DNA of 64,000 nt from Opitutales bacterium (GTDB lineage: Bacteria; Verrucomicrobiota; Verrucomicrobiia; Opitutales; PNEW01): NCBI GenBank assembly GCA_965197745.1, contig CBDANS010000006.1, forward strand, positions 1,453,834 to 1,517,833, read 5' to 3'. Below the pieces are notes generated by a model, which searched no databases, was not told where the DNA came from, and saw nothing but the letters and a program-made list of their open reading frames with translations. The position numbers and the translations under genes were made by a program. Below, one piece after another: positions 20,363-31,184 of the stretch (its first letter is position 1; the number at the start of each line of letters is the position of its first letter).

Positions 20363-21256
20363 ATGAAAAATATTATGATTACCAGAATTCTGATTTTTGC
20401 CAACATGCTATTTTTACTTAGTTCATGCGCCAAGGCACCGGAGAACCTGGAAGAAGCCATTCACGAAGCCTCAGCGAATGGAGACGCGATCAAAATTAAA
20501 GAAATTCTCGAAAAAGCACCCGAGCTGGCAAACCATCTTAAAAAGGATGCGGCAAGGAGAGATCGAACGCCACTCCACGGGGCAGCGACAAGAGAAGTTG
20601 CGGAGATACTCGTGTCTTATGGAGCGGACTTTAACGCGGAGGATCGTTTTAACTGGACTCCTTTACATACCGCGAATAACAGGGAAGTGGCAGAGTATCT
20701 CATCAGCAAGGGAGCTGATGTTCACACTGAGGCCGCGCGTCAATTTACCCCGTTGCACACCGTGGATAATGCGGGAGCGGCGGAGGCGTTGATCAAGCAT
20801 CGCGCTGACGTCAATCGCCAGGCTAATCAGAAGATAACTCCTTTGTACTGGCAGATACAGAACGGCCATGCCGAGGTGGTGCGAGTTCTCCTGGAGAAAC
20901 GAGCTAACTGGCGTGAACGATTGAATGATGGAAAGACCCTTCTCCATTTTGCAGCCGATAGAAACAACCCAGAAATCGTTGAACTGTTCGTTAAAAAAGG
21001 ACTGAGTGTGAATTCCGTCGATAAAATAAGAGCGACACCCTTACATTATGCGGTGTATAAGGACCGGCCCAAAGTCGCTGAGGTATTGCTCAAAAACGGT
21101 GCCAACCCCAACTTAAAATTATCAAGTGAAGCAGCGGTCATTACTTATGGTGCGTCTAATCTGCCCTCAGAAAAAGCAGTGGGAGGATTTACTCCACTGG
21201 CACTCGCGGAGTCGGAAGAAATGAAAGCACTATTGCGTCAACACGACGCGCGTTAA
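20363..21256 (+). CDS. Ankyrin-repeat lipoprotein
   Basis: Lipobox LLSSC; repeated TPLH...GAD/GAN motifs. Confidence 0.9.
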   Translation: MKNIMITRILIFANMLFLLSSCAKAPENLEEAIHEASANGDAIKIKEILEKAPELANHLKKDAARRDRTPLHGAATREVAEILVSYGADFNAEDRFNWTPLHTANNREVAEYLISKGADVHTEAARQFTPLHTVDNAGAAEALIKHRADVNRQANQKITPLYWQIQNGHAEVVRVLLEKRANWRERLNDGKTLLHFAADRNNPEIVELFVKKGLSVNSVDKIRATPLHYAVYKDRPKVAEVLLKNGANPNLKLSSEAAVITYGASNLPSEKAVGGFTPLALAESEEMKALLRQHDAR

Positions 21257-21270
21257 GCAAAAGAATTCTA

Positions 21271-22197
21271 TTATTTCTTTATCTGCAATCCTTCCAGGAC
21301 TTGCTTAGACATTTTACAGATCATCGTATAAGCCGGATCGTAAACATTACCCATGTCATATTCTACCGTTTGCCCCATTAACAGGTGCGCGGCTCGTGTG
21401 CTGAGACCATAATCTTCCTCTAACCAACGCACCATCTCTGTCGTCGCGTGTTCGACACATTGAACAAGGGGGCGGGCATTTCCTACGGTCATAATATGCG
21501 TATCATTTTCGGCCCGGGGCCAATTGATGGTTTTACCCTTTTGGAGACGAACGGTAAATGTTACGTCGAAAGAGATTTCCATACCGGTGCCAACGATTTC
21601 ACCATCGCCCTGCGCGGCATGACCGTCACCCAGGTGAAAGAGGGCCCCTTGTGCTTCTACAGGAAAATAAACAGTAACCCCCTGAACAAAACCGTTGTAA
21701 TCCATGTTGCCGCCGTGGGTGGATGAAGTAGCGGTGGAAATGGCCTGTCCACCGGGTGGTGCTACGCCAAAACAGCCGGGCATGGGGCGCAGTGGGATGC
21801 TTAAATTATCCAGTGGAGGGTCAACATCCAGGGGTCTTGCCGTATTTTTTTCGAGATCGATTTCCCACTCTATCTTTACCTTATCATCATCAAATTGAGG
21901 GTGGTAAAGGGGGTCGAGGACATTGGGGGCGATGGCACAACGGGTCCAGGCTGTCTTTCGATTGGGAGTGATTTTATCAAAAGTTACGGCCAATGAATCT
22001 CCGAGTTCGGCACCTTCGATGTAAAATGGGCCTGTCATCGGATTGCCGCGCTTACCGACTTGTTTATTTTCAGCATCAATTCCCCAGGCATCGATCGTAG
22101 TGGTAGAGACCGTGTCTCCATCAGCGATATGCAGGACCGGCTCGTGAGAACCTATCGTATTATAGTAAATTTCGGGCGTGAATTGATGATGAGGCAA
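21271..22197 (-). CDS. Acetamidase/formamidase family protein
   Basis: NPMTGPFYIEGA, GGNMD, LFHLGDGHAAQGDGE..GTGME; TTG start. Confidence 0.9.
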   Translation of the reverse strand: MPHHQFTPEIYYNTIGSHEPVLHIADGDTVSTTTIDAWGIDAENKQVGKRGNPMTGPFYIEGAELGDSLAVTFDKITPNRKTAWTRCAIAPNVLDPLYHPQFDDDKVKIEWEIDLEKNTARPLDVDPPLDNLSIPLRPMPGCFGVAPPGGQAISTATSSTHGGNMDYNGFVQGVTVYFPVEAQGALFHLGDGHAAQGDGEIVGTGMEISFDVTFTVRLQKGKTINWPRAENDTHIMTVGNARPLVQCVEHATTEMVRWLEEDYGLSTRAAHLLMGQTVEYDMGNVYDPAYTMICKMSKQVLEGLQIKK

Positions 22198-22370
22198 TTG
22201 GCGATTTCCGATTTTTGATTTCCGATTGAACCTGGTGGTTATTAAAAACTTATTCTTATATCAAGTATCTTAAATCTATATTTATCTTGTGCTTTTTGTG
22301 GCTTTCTTGCTTTTTTATCAATCGAAAATCGGCAATCGTACCGAGGGCAAAGCCCGACATCCTCCAAATT

Positions 22371-23507
22371 CTACACTTTATTTTTCTCAATGTAGTCAAA
22401 ATTGATCTTCAATCCCAGTCCTGGATCCTGAGACACGTGGACAAAACCTTCGCTATCTAGGGAATCGGAGATTTCATGAAGCCAGGGTGGGGGTTTATCG
22501 TAGTCGATAAAAGGGTGTAACAAACCGCGTTCATAATACTGACCAGCAATGCCCATGGCGCAGAGGACGTGAAGGTTGCCGGGACCGCCACCGTGAACTT
22601 CCATTCTCATCCCAAAAGATTCGCAGAGATGGGCTGTTTTAATCAAAGGGGTGATACCTCCAAGATCGCCTACTCCTCCCCGAATAATGTCGCTCGCTCC
22701 ACGTTTAATCCACTCAGCCCGGGTGAAATGTTTACCTTCGGCGGTTTCCGGACCGACCACGGGAATGTCGAGATGCTCGGTAAGCCACACATAGGATGAG
22801 ACACTTTGCTCATCCATCGGTTCTTCAATCCAATGATAATTTAATTTCTCCAGTTCGCGTCCTATGTATAGCGCCTCATGCCGGTCATAAAAATGATAGG
22901 AATCTAACATGAGATCGATATCGTCACCGACGCGTTCTCTCACCGCGCGACAGGCGGCCACATCCATTTTTGGATCCGGAGCCCATTCGATGGGCGGCAT
23001 CCAGGTGTGCAGTTTAATTGCTTTATAACCGCGTTCGATACTCATTTGAGCAAAATCGCCGTAGGCCTCGGGAGTATTCAAGCCGCCTTCCAATTCGTCG
23101 CCGCACATGCTACTCGCATAGGCTGGAACCTTGTCGCGAAAAGCGCCTAACAATTTATGTACCGGTTGGTTCGCACTACGCCCCGCTAAATCCCACAGGG
23201 CCATGTCCACTACCGCAATCTCGCGATCCGAAAGCCCGCTTTTATGGATCCGCTGCCATTGATTAAGACGCTGCCAGATTTTTTCACGATAAAGGGGGTC
23301 TTCTCCGACAATAGCTGATTTTACGATATGCTCCATCACCCGGGGATCACCGCCAAAACAATAGCCCTCGATACTCTCATCGGTAATGATACGAGTCAGG
23401 GTCTGGGTTGCTTCATGCTCCTCTCCAGGATGACCATGGCCCTCGGAATCTCTGACCTGATTTGAGAGGTAAGTAAACTGATCAACGCGGACATCGACGA
23501 TCTTCAT
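22371..23507 (-). CDS. Mandelate racemase/muconate lactonizing enzyme family (enolase superfamily)
   Basis: VDMALWDLAG, KAIKLH, LMLD, WIEEP, GPE, GGIT, EVHG, PGLG. Confidence 0.9.
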   Translation of the reverse strand: MKIVDVRVDQFTYLSNQVRDSEGHGHPGEEHEATQTLTRIITDESIEGYCFGGDPRVMEHIVKSAIVGEDPLYREKIWQRLNQWQRIHKSGLSDREIAVVDMALWDLAGRSANQPVHKLLGAFRDKVPAYASSMCGDELEGGLNTPEAYGDFAQMSIERGYKAIKLHTWMPPIEWAPDPKMDVAACRAVRERVGDDIDLMLDSYHFYDRHEALYIGRELEKLNYHWIEEPMDEQSVSSYVWLTEHLDIPVVGPETAEGKHFTRAEWIKRGASDIIRGGVGDLGGITPLIKTAHLCESFGMRMEVHGGGPGNLHVLCAMGIAGQYYERGLLHPFIDYDKPPPWLHEISDSLDSEGFVHVSQDPGLGLKINFDYIEKNKV

Positions 23508-23527
23508 AAATATAATATTAAAAACAA

Positions 23528-24778
23528 TTAATCTATTACTGGGGGGTCAGCTATAACCCGCGTTTTACGGCCCTTTTGAATCGATTTAATTTGTTTATTA
23601 GCATTCGCCACTTCCTTGTCATTGATAAGCGCGGTATATTCAATTGTAAAGTCTCTGCTCTCTCCTCCTTTAAGTTTGGGGATCCTGCCAAACTTCCGCT
23701 CGATACGTCGATTATATGGAAAACTGGTACCCGGTTCCAGTCCTGTGACATACCCTTCTTCCAAGGCGGATGTATTCTTCCATAAATTTACAATCGGAAG
23801 CTGGTCCACAGAAAAGGCCATCGATAATCCGCGATCGGCTGCGTTGTTTTGGATCATGATTTGAGTCATCTTATTCTCATCGGCATAGAGGTGCATGCAG
23901 TAAACTTGCTCAATGAATCCAAGGACCGGTTTCTCGTAAACTTTGTATCGGTTTATAGACTTTGCAGCGTGATCATTAAAGGGAAAGACCTCTTTGACCG
24001 CGCCAACAAACTGTGCGCCTTTTTCCAAAAGAGGGGGGCCAAAATTAACATGATAAAGTATTTCAAACTCCTGATCAAACCCGCCATGATTGGTAATCCT
24101 GTCGTCCATGCGGAGAGAATGGGATCCGGGGATTGTGGAGAATTCAGTCCACAGCTCAAACTTTGGACCGTAAAACATTCTTTCATAAACAATACCACGA
24201 ATGCGAAGGCGGTGTGGAGGTTTTCGGTCAATCAACACTTCAACTTCAGAAGCAGGAATATTTGCGATTTTGCCATGTAGCGTTAATTCCATCTCCGCTT
24301 CGTTGCCCGCATTATCGATAAATTTATCACTGCCTGGATGTCCCATAAATTCAATGCCGCAGCGGACCATCCATTCATTAAAACCATCCAGCCATCCGAG
24401 TCCTCCTCGCTCCTGCAGATTGATGTATTGGGGATGGACGACTTCTTTAACCGGCGAGTCCCATCCCAGAAACACATCTCCCAATTTCGCTTTCAGTATC
24501 CCCATACCCCGCGTCGGAATCACTGTGAAACTCAGTTTCCCGTTGTCCACTTCGATAATATCTACACCCTCCTGCTTTCCGCCGTGCAGGGTATATTTTC
24601 GAATGGACCATGGGGTGGCGCTTTTAAAATCAACGTCATTGTGGGATATCTGCCAATTATCTAAATGAATGCCGCGCCTGGCGCTGGTTAAAACTTGAAA
24701 GATTTGCTCACGCCCAAATAACGGAATGAAAAGCCAGGTGAGGAGAAGAAAAGTTAAATATATTTTCATAATTTTCAT
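23528..24778 (-). CDS. Aldose 1-epimerase-like protein (DUF4432), exported
   Basis: Signal peptide; [41 protein letters not shown]. Confidence 0.85.
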   Translation of the reverse strand: MKIMKIYLTFLLLTWLFIPLFGREQIFQVLTSARRGIHLDNWQISHNDVDFKSATPWSIRKYTLHGGKQEGVDIIEVDNGKLSFTVIPTRGMGILKAKLGDVFLGWDSPVKEVVHPQYINLQERGGLGWLDGFNEWMVRCGIEFMGHPGSDKFIDNAGNEAEMELTLHGKIANIPASEVEVLIDRKPPHRLRIRGIVYERMFYGPKFELWTEFSTIPGSHSLRMDDRITNHGGFDQEFEILYHVNFGPPLLEKGAQFVGAVKEVFPFNDHAAKSINRYKVYEKPVLGFIEQVYCMHLYADENKMTQIMIQNNAADRGLSMAFSVDQLPIVNLWKNTSALEEGYVTGLEPGTSFPYNRRIERKFGRIPKLKGGESRDFTIEYTALINDKEVANANKQIKSIQKGRKTRVIADPPVID

Positions 24779-24802
24779 GATAGATATAATTATTTTTAAG
24801 GG

Positions 24803-25600
24803 TTATAATCCTAGATCTTTCATCAGTTGGATTTTTTTCATGCGCAACGGACCAGCGGTTTCAAATATCCGATCGGTGAAGAGGCGGCCGGTATCCGGTG
24901 ACCATTCCGCGCCATAAGACTTGTTTAAGCTGACGATGCGTTCGATTTCCCAATCCATGCGGGGATGCGTTCGCATCATCCATGCCATTTGCCGGCGTTT
25001 ATCGCCACCGCCCCAGGAGGCATGCTGGATCCTCGTATTGAAGACAATCAAATCCCCTTTCTCAATCGTCAGTTCATACCTTCCGGGAAACTGGTTCGTG
25101 GGGTAACCTACTACCAGTTCGTCAATCTGTATTTTTTCGAAAGTATCGCTTAAGTGCAGCGGCCAATGATGGCTTCCTGGAATGAAGCTTAAACATCCTT
25201 TACCGGGTTCGATTTCATCGAGGTAAAAAGTCTGTTTCATGTCAATCGCCGGCTCAGGCATATTGCCATCGCGATGCCAGTTGGTATTTCCGAAGTGAAT
25301 CTGCCCGTCAGAACTGCCATAGAAAATGCAATCCTCACCGAGGATATCTTCAGCGACGGCAGACAGCCTGGGATGGTCGAGTAGGTTATAAAAATAGGGG
25401 TCCGCTTCAATTAAGGGGATGATCACGCGATGCCCGTCGGGAAATATCCGGTGGCCGGGAGCTGAATCATCGTCCTGCGCTTTATCCATGACCGTGTCAA
25501 ATCGTTTGGAATACTCATCTATCTCTTCGTGGGTGAGCACCCCGGGAATCCTAAGGAAACCCAGCAGATGAAAATGGGTTTTCTGGTCGTCTGTTAACAT
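24803..25600 (-). CDS. PhyH-family Fe(II)/2OG dioxygenase #1 (divergent)
   Basis: MLTDDQK.HF...GF, WHRD, CLSFIPGSH, GDLIVFN..IQHASWGG...RR. Confidence 0.9.
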   Translation of the reverse strand: MLTDDQKTHFHLLGFLRIPGVLTHEEIDEYSKRFDTVMDKAQDDDSAPGHRIFPDGHRVIIPLIEADPYFYNLLDHPRLSAVAEDILGEDCIFYGSSDGQIHFGNTNWHRDGNMPEPAIDMKQTFYLDEIEPGKGCLSFIPGSHHWPLHLSDTFEKIQIDELVVGYPTNQFPGRYELTIEKGDLIVFNTRIQHASWGGGDKRRQMAWMMRTHPRMDWEIERIVSLNKSYGAEWSPDTGRLFTDRIFETAGPLRMKKIQLMKDLGL

Positions 25601-25790
25601 GGTTTCAAATCCAGTAGATTAAATGGGATTAATGGTATTGATGCTCTATCCCATTCGGTTTTAAAAGGAAAATCGACTCGAATCAGCTATGTATTTTTTA
25701 TTCTCACTACTAAGCTCTTGAATTCGACATGAGAAAGTGCTGCTTTCGTTAGATAGAATTTAAATCTGAACCATTAAACCTGTAGCTATT

Positions 25791-26696
25791 ATGGAATATC
25801 GTTCTATACCCGATACCGAGATTGAAGTCTCGACCCTCTGCCTCGGAACCATGACTTTCGGAGACCCGGTGAAAGAAAAGGAAGCTATCCACATCGTGGA
25901 CTGGGCCCTGGATCACGGGGTAAACTTTATCGATACCGCGGACATGTATGAGGGCTACACGCGCACCATGGGTTCTCCGGGCGGGGTCACCGAAGAAATA
26001 CTCGGAAAAGCCTTAAAAGGTAAACGCGACCAAGCCATCGTGACAACAAAAGTAGGTAACCCGATTGGAGATGACTCTTACCAGGGAACAGGTCTCAGCC
26101 GCAGTCACATTATGCATCAGATCGACGCGAGTCTGACGCGTATGCAGACCGATTATACGGACTTCTACCACTTGCACCGACCGGATCCGGATACTCCGCT
26201 GGAAGAATCAATCGCCACGATGGTGGATCTTATAAAAGCGGGTAAAGTACGCTATTGGGGGTTCTCAAATTTTGAAGTTGGGCAGATCCGTGAAATGCTT
26301 CAACTCTGCGAGACTAATAGCTGGCCGCGCCCCGTGATCAGTCAACCGAACTACAGTTGGTTGAATCGGAAGGTGGAAGAAGAGCATTTACCACTCTGTA
26401 AGCAAGAAGCCATAGCTGTGACCCCTTTTAAAGTCCTGGAAGGCGGATTGCTCACCGGTAAGTACCGTAAGGGGCAAGAAGCGCCCGAAGACAGTCGTAA
26501 TAGTGAAAATCCGGGGTGGATAGCATTTGAAATGGACGATGATTTATTTACAGATCTGGATAATTTTGAAAGTGAAGCGAAGGGGAAATCCCGCAGTCCG
26601 GCACAGCACGCTGTCAACTGGGTATTGGAGCAGGATGGAATCGCTTCAGTAGTGCTCGGATTAAAGCGCACTGATCAGCTTGCTGATTTGCTTTAA
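25791..26696 (+). CDS. Aldo/keto reductase
   Basis: LCLGTMTFG, FIDTADMY, TKVG, DFYHLHRPD, GKVRYWGFSN, GGLLTGKY; C-terminus looks slightly short. Confidence 0.92.
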   Translation: MEYRSIPDTEIEVSTLCLGTMTFGDPVKEKEAIHIVDWALDHGVNFIDTADMYEGYTRTMGSPGGVTEEILGKALKGKRDQAIVTTKVGNPIGDDSYQGTGLSRSHIMHQIDASLTRMQTDYTDFYHLHRPDPDTPLEESIATMVDLIKAGKVRYWGFSNFEVGQIREMLQLCETNSWPRPVISQPNYSWLNRKVEEEHLPLCKQEAIAVTPFKVLEGGLLTGKYRKGQEAPEDSRNSENPGWIAFEMDDDLFTDLDNFESEAKGKSRSPAQHAVNWVLEQDGIASVVLGLKRTDQLADLL

Positions 26697-26748
26697 AAAA
26701 CGCATCTCATTGCCATTGACTGCAATCGTGTTTTCTGCACAATATAAA

Positions 26749-27573
26749 ATGATGCTGACAAAGGGACAGATAGCTCATTTCGAATCATTCGGGTTTCTCG
26801 TCATGCGGCAGGTATTTTCGCCTGAGGAGATGAAATCGTACATTGAGGCAGCCGAGGAAATCTGGGCTGTTGATGAAGGAATGTCAGTCGGTAGCGGCGA
26901 GAACAATGGGGCTAATTCGGTTAGAGCGATTGTCGAAAAGCATCCCATACTGACATCGCTGGCGGGAGATGACCGTATCTATTTAACTCTTGAAAAAATA
27001 CTGGGACCGGGATTCATTTGGGCATTTTCAGAAGGCCAGCGAGGGCGCATCAGCACCTCCTGGCATAATGACCGTCCGGGTAAAAATCAGAATAAATATA
27101 CCCGCATCAAAGTTCACCTTTACCTCGAACCAACGACGAAAGAGACCGGCGCCTTGCGCGTCATCCCCGGTTCTCATCGTTCCCCCTATCATGAATCTCT
27201 CGAGCCGCTCATGAATCGCCATATGCGAAAAAATGATGCAATGAATGGCGAAAAAGATGGGGCAGGAAATCTTCAAAACTTGCCCTTCGGTGTAGAGGGT
27301 CCAGACATACCCTGCTATGCTTTCGAATCCAATCCCGGTGATGTCATTTTTTTTCATCAGAATATATTCCATGCCGTTTATGGCGGACTGGGAGAGGGGC
27401 GCAGGTATATTGCCATGAAATTCGCAGCGAAGCCGACGACCGATGAACACATCCGTTTAATTAAGGAACATACAGAATATGTATTCCATCCCCATGAGGC
27501 TTTTCTGAACAGTGACCGTCCGCGTATCCGGGGGATGGTCGAAAACCTGGAAGCATTAGGGGCTAGTGTTTAA
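26749..27573 (+). CDS. PhyH-family dioxygenase #2 (clade C)
   Basis: WHNDRPG, ALRVIPGSH, FHAVYGG, RRYIAMKFAA; start reassigned to ATG 26749. Confidence 0.92.
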   Translation: MMLTKGQIAHFESFGFLVMRQVFSPEEMKSYIEAAEEIWAVDEGMSVGSGENNGANSVRAIVEKHPILTSLAGDDRIYLTLEKILGPGFIWAFSEGQRGRISTSWHNDRPGKNQNKYTRIKVHLYLEPTTKETGALRVIPGSHRSPYHESLEPLMNRHMRKNDAMNGEKDGAGNLQNLPFGVEGPDIPCYAFESNPGDVIFFHQNIFHAVYGGLGEGRRYIAMKFAAKPTTDEHIRLIKEHTEYVFHPHEAFLNSDRPRIRGMVENLEALGASV

Positions 27574-27637
27574 GACTAAATATTAATTATTCAGTTGCCA
27601 AATCACGCAAATAATCGAGACAAGATATGCATGGATT

Positions 27638-27665
27638 TTGTGAAGGTATGCGTAATAATTATACT
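27638..27665 (+). promoter_or_regulatory. Candidate sigma70 promoter for the dioxygenase array
   Basis: TTGTGA-16 nt-TATACT in the only long gap (143 bp) before the 19-gene run. Confidence 0.35.
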
Positions 27666-27716
27666 TCGAAAAACAACAGGATTCCATTTTAATAGATAAA
27701 ATAAAAAAGGTCATAT

Positions 27717-28538
27717 ATGTTAACGGAGCAACAGGTCTATCAATTTCACACCTTCGGTTTTCTTATTCTACGGAATATAATAACGGAAGAAGAACATAAG
27801 ATTGTCAGTGAGGAAGTAGAAAAAGGTTACGCGAGGAAAGATAAAAGTGAATTCATAGGAAAAGAACGTCTACAGTTGAACTGGACCAACCTTGTCCCTC
27901 ACTGCCCATTCTTAACCTCATTGCTTGAAAACCAGCGGTTTTACGGAGTTGCGCAACAGCTCCTGGGAGAAGATGCCGTTGGATTTGACACTACATCCAA
28001 CATTATGAAAGGAGACCGGACGACCTGGCATCCGGATGCCCCTGCCAATTTACAGGGATTAAAATTTACCTTTTACCTCGACCCGCTCGACGGAGAGTCG
28101 GGCGCGCTTCGTATCATACCCGGATCCCATCAGGCCGGATTCAGTGATGCCATAAAGGAAGTTCGCTTAAAGGACAACAATCCCGGTCCCCCTGAAGATC
28201 CCGGACTCGCCATTACCGAGGTGCCCTGCCACATATGTGAGACCGGTCCCCGTGATGCCGTTATTATGAACTATCTTAACTGGCATGCCAGTTGGCACGG
28301 TTCACCACGTCGCAGAATGGTTACCCTGAAATATTATAAAAACCCCAAAAGTCATGATGAAACCGAAGCACTACGCAAATTTTTAATCGGGGCAGTAGAG
28401 GACAGGAAAAAAAATAAAATGTCCATTCACCGTACCTATTCGGAATTCTGGCTTTCTAATCCTGAGAACAGTCCGGTTCGCGCGCGCTGGATAGAGTGGT
28501 TGCAGAAATGGGGATTAATTGATACAATTGCAGCTTAG
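27717..28538 (+). CDS. PhyH-family dioxygenase #3 (clade A)
   Basis: WHPD, GALRIIPGSH, WHASW, RRM; Trp-rich C-terminus. Confidence 0.92.
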   Translation: MLTEQQVYQFHTFGFLILRNIITEEEHKIVSEEVEKGYARKDKSEFIGKERLQLNWTNLVPHCPFLTSLLENQRFYGVAQQLLGEDAVGFDTTSNIMKGDRTTWHPDAPANLQGLKFTFYLDPLDGESGALRIIPGSHQAGFSDAIKEVRLKDNNPGPPEDPGLAITEVPCHICETGPRDAVIMNYLNWHASWHGSPRRRMVTLKYYKNPKSHDETEALRKFLIGAVEDRKKNKMSIHRTYSEFWLSNPENSPVRARWIEWLQKWGLIDTIAA

Positions 28539-28572
28539 AGCCAAAATTTTTATTAGTATAGGACGAATACCC

Positions 28573-29442
28573 ATGATAACACAGAAACAGATCGATCAAT
28601 ATCATACCTTCGGTTGCCTCATTCTAAGGAATGTTCTCAGTGCAAAAGATATTGATAATCTGAATGCTGAATTTGAAGCCAAATTAGAGACAACCTTTCG
28701 TGGGAAAGCAAACGGGGGAAAGCCAATTCACTGCAGTTGGCCTAATTTAGGTCCGAGTACCCCTTTTACCGCTTCCCTCTTGGAAGATCCACGGATTTAC
28801 GGGGTCCCGGAAGCATTATTTGACGATCAAGTTTACGGAGTATCCTGTAATGCCACCAGTTTTATAGAAGATACCCCCTGGCATCCCGACTCGGATCATT
28901 TTCATCTGCACGGAATTAAAGTTGTCATTTATTTAGAGCCACTCAATGGTGATAACGGCGCCTTGCGTGTCATTCCCGGATCCCATCTGAATCCCTATCA
29001 TGACGAATTACATGAGATCGGTATGTTAGCCGATTTTGGTAATCTCCCCCTGCCGAGCAGTCCCTATCTAATTGAGTGTGGCCTCGGAATTAAAGATGTC
29101 CCCGCACTCATCTGCAGTGTAACCCCGGGTGATGTCATTGTCTTTAATTTTCGCATATGGCATGCCAGTACCGGGGGTAAATTTGACCGGCGCTTTATCT
29201 CGAATATGTTTATCAAGGATCCCGTTTCTCCCGATGAAAAAAAAGCGGTATCTGAGCTTGTCGAAATTACAAAAAAAAACCGGGATAGACGTGCCAGGGA
29301 TACATTTCCCAACCGGGGACCCGAGTACCATCCTGAATGGTTGTCCAATCCGGATAAAAATCATAAGCGTCAAAGAAACATCGATTGGATGCTGAAGAGG
29401 GGATACTTTGAAGTCGATGAAACGACATTGGCTAAATCCTGA
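28573..29442 (+). CDS. PhyH-family dioxygenase #4 (clade A)
   Basis: WHPD, GALRVIPGSH, WHAST; start ATG 28573 by paralog alignment. Confidence 0.92.
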   Translation: MITQKQIDQYHTFGCLILRNVLSAKDIDNLNAEFEAKLETTFRGKANGGKPIHCSWPNLGPSTPFTASLLEDPRIYGVPEALFDDQVYGVSCNATSFIEDTPWHPDSDHFHLHGIKVVIYLEPLNGDNGALRVIPGSHLNPYHDELHEIGMLADFGNLPLPSSPYLIECGLGIKDVPALICSVTPGDVIVFNFRIWHASTGGKFDRRFISNMFIKDPVSPDEKKAVSELVEITKKNRDRRARDTFPNRGPEYHPEWLSNPDKNHKRQRNIDWMLKRGYFEVDETTLAKS

Positions 29443-29455
29443 AGATCAATAATTC

Positions 29456-30334
29456 ATGCTTAGCGAACAACAGATACACCAATTCCATACCTTCGGATAT
29501 CTTCTATTAAGGGATGTTTTCAGTGTGGATGAAGTCCAGAAATTAAACACAGAATTTGACGCTAAATTAACAACCACTTCCGGGGGGAAATCGAAGGGTA
29601 AGAAATCGGAGCGTATGAGCTGGTCCAGCCTGGGCCCGGATACACCATTTACCTCATCCCTGATAGAGGATTCACGGATAACCAGTATTGTGGATTCATT
29701 ATTCGCTCATGAATATTTCGGGATTTCCTGCAATGCCTCAAGTCTTGTCGGTGAAACAAACTGGCACCCCGATGCTGACAATCAAAATATGCACGGGTTA
29801 AAGGTGGTTTCCTATTTGCAGTCACTTAATGGCGAAAGTGGCGCTTTGCGCGTTATTCCCGGATCACACCTTAACTCTTTTCACGACGATATTAAGAAGA
29901 TCGAAATGCATGAACCTGAACATGACGGTCTCACGCAAACCGCCACCGTGACTGACTCCGGCCTCGGTCTGGAAATAGATGAAGTTCCAGCCTGCGCCTG
30001 TACCGTTAATCCGGGTGACCTCGTAGTCTTTGACTTTCGGATATGGCATGCCAGTTCCGGAGGGTCGGATGATCGCCGCATGATATCGATGATTTTTATT
30101 AAGGATGCCGATACCCCTGAAGAAAACGAAGCGATTGACGAAATTGTTCTTAAATCGCGCAGGAACCGGGCTCATCGCGCAAAAGCCGCCTTTGGAAAAA
30201 AGGGTTCGGAATACCACCCGGATTGGGTCGCTAATCCCGATAATAACCCGAGACGTCAGCGCTGGATTGATTGGCTGCGGGAGAAAGGTTATTTCGAAGC
30301 ATATGATGCGTCATTAATAGCATTTAATAATTAA
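29456..30334 (+). CDS. PhyH-family dioxygenase #5 (clade A)
   Basis: WHPD, GALRVIPGSH, WHASS. Confidence 0.92.
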   Translation: MLSEQQIHQFHTFGYLLLRDVFSVDEVQKLNTEFDAKLTTTSGGKSKGKKSERMSWSSLGPDTPFTSSLIEDSRITSIVDSLFAHEYFGISCNASSLVGETNWHPDADNQNMHGLKVVSYLQSLNGESGALRVIPGSHLNSFHDDIKKIEMHEPEHDGLTQTATVTDSGLGLEIDEVPACACTVNPGDLVVFDFRIWHASSGGSDDRRMISMIFIKDADTPEENEAIDEIVLKSRRNRAHRAKAAFGKKGSEYHPDWVANPDNNPRRQRWIDWLREKGYFEAYDASLIAFNN

Positions 30335-30345
30335 AAATATTAATT

Positions 30346-31164
30346 ATGCTGACCGAACAACAGATACACCAATTCCATACCTTCGGGTTCATCGTCTTAA
30401 AGAATATGTTAAGTGAGGACGAGCTTAAAATCGTCAATGAGGAATTCGAAAAGGGCTACGCCAAAAAAAATAAAAGTGAATTAATCGCCGGCGCGCGTGT
30501 TCAGCTGAACTGGTCGAACCTCGAACCTCACAGCCCCTTCACTGCTTCGCTGTTAGAGAATAAACGGTTTTACGGAATCGCGCAACAGCTCTTTGGAGAA
30601 GATGCAGTTGGCACTAATTCCCAATCCAATCATTACGCCGGTAATCGGAGCCCCTGGCACCCGGATGTGGGCCCTAATACTCACGGGTTCAAATTTACCT
30701 TTTATCTCTCACCGGTGGACGCCGATTCGGGAGCGCTGAGGGTCATTCCCGGTTCACACCGTCCGGAATTCAGCGACATGATCAAAAAAGTACGATTAAA
30801 GGACAATGATCCTGGGCCACCTGAAGATCCGGGACTCGCGGTAAATGAAGTGCCCTTTTGTTCCTGCGACTCTCAACCGGGGGACGCGGTATTATTCAAC
30901 TATTTAATCTGGCACAGCAGCTGGCATGGCTCCGATAACCGGCGCATGGTATCTCTGCAGTATTACAAGAACCCAAAGACGCCGGAAGAAATTGAGGCAG
31001 CGCGAAATACGGCAAAACATATTCGAGAACACCGGAAAGATAAATTGACGATTGACCGGGAGTACCCGGATTTTTGGGTTTCCAATCCGGAGAACAATCC
31101 CCTGCGCGCGCGCTGGATAGAGTGGCTGCGTGAATGGGGCTATATTGAATCCATTCCCGCTTAA
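30346..31164 (+). CDS. PhyH-family dioxygenase #6 (clade A)
   Basis: WHPD, GALRVIPGSH, WHSSW. Confidence 0.92.
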   Translation: MLTEQQIHQFHTFGFIVLKNMLSEDELKIVNEEFEKGYAKKNKSELIAGARVQLNWSNLEPHSPFTASLLENKRFYGIAQQLFGEDAVGTNSQSNHYAGNRSPWHPDVGPNTHGFKFTFYLSPVDADSGALRVIPGSHRPEFSDMIKKVRLKDNDPGPPEDPGLAVNEVPFCSCDSQPGDAVLFNYLIWHSSWHGSDNRRMVSLQYYKNPKTPEEIEAARNTAKHIREHRKDKLTIDREYPDFWVSNPENNPLRARWIEWLREWGYIESIPA

Positions 31165-31184
31165 TAAAATAAATTTAATATACG

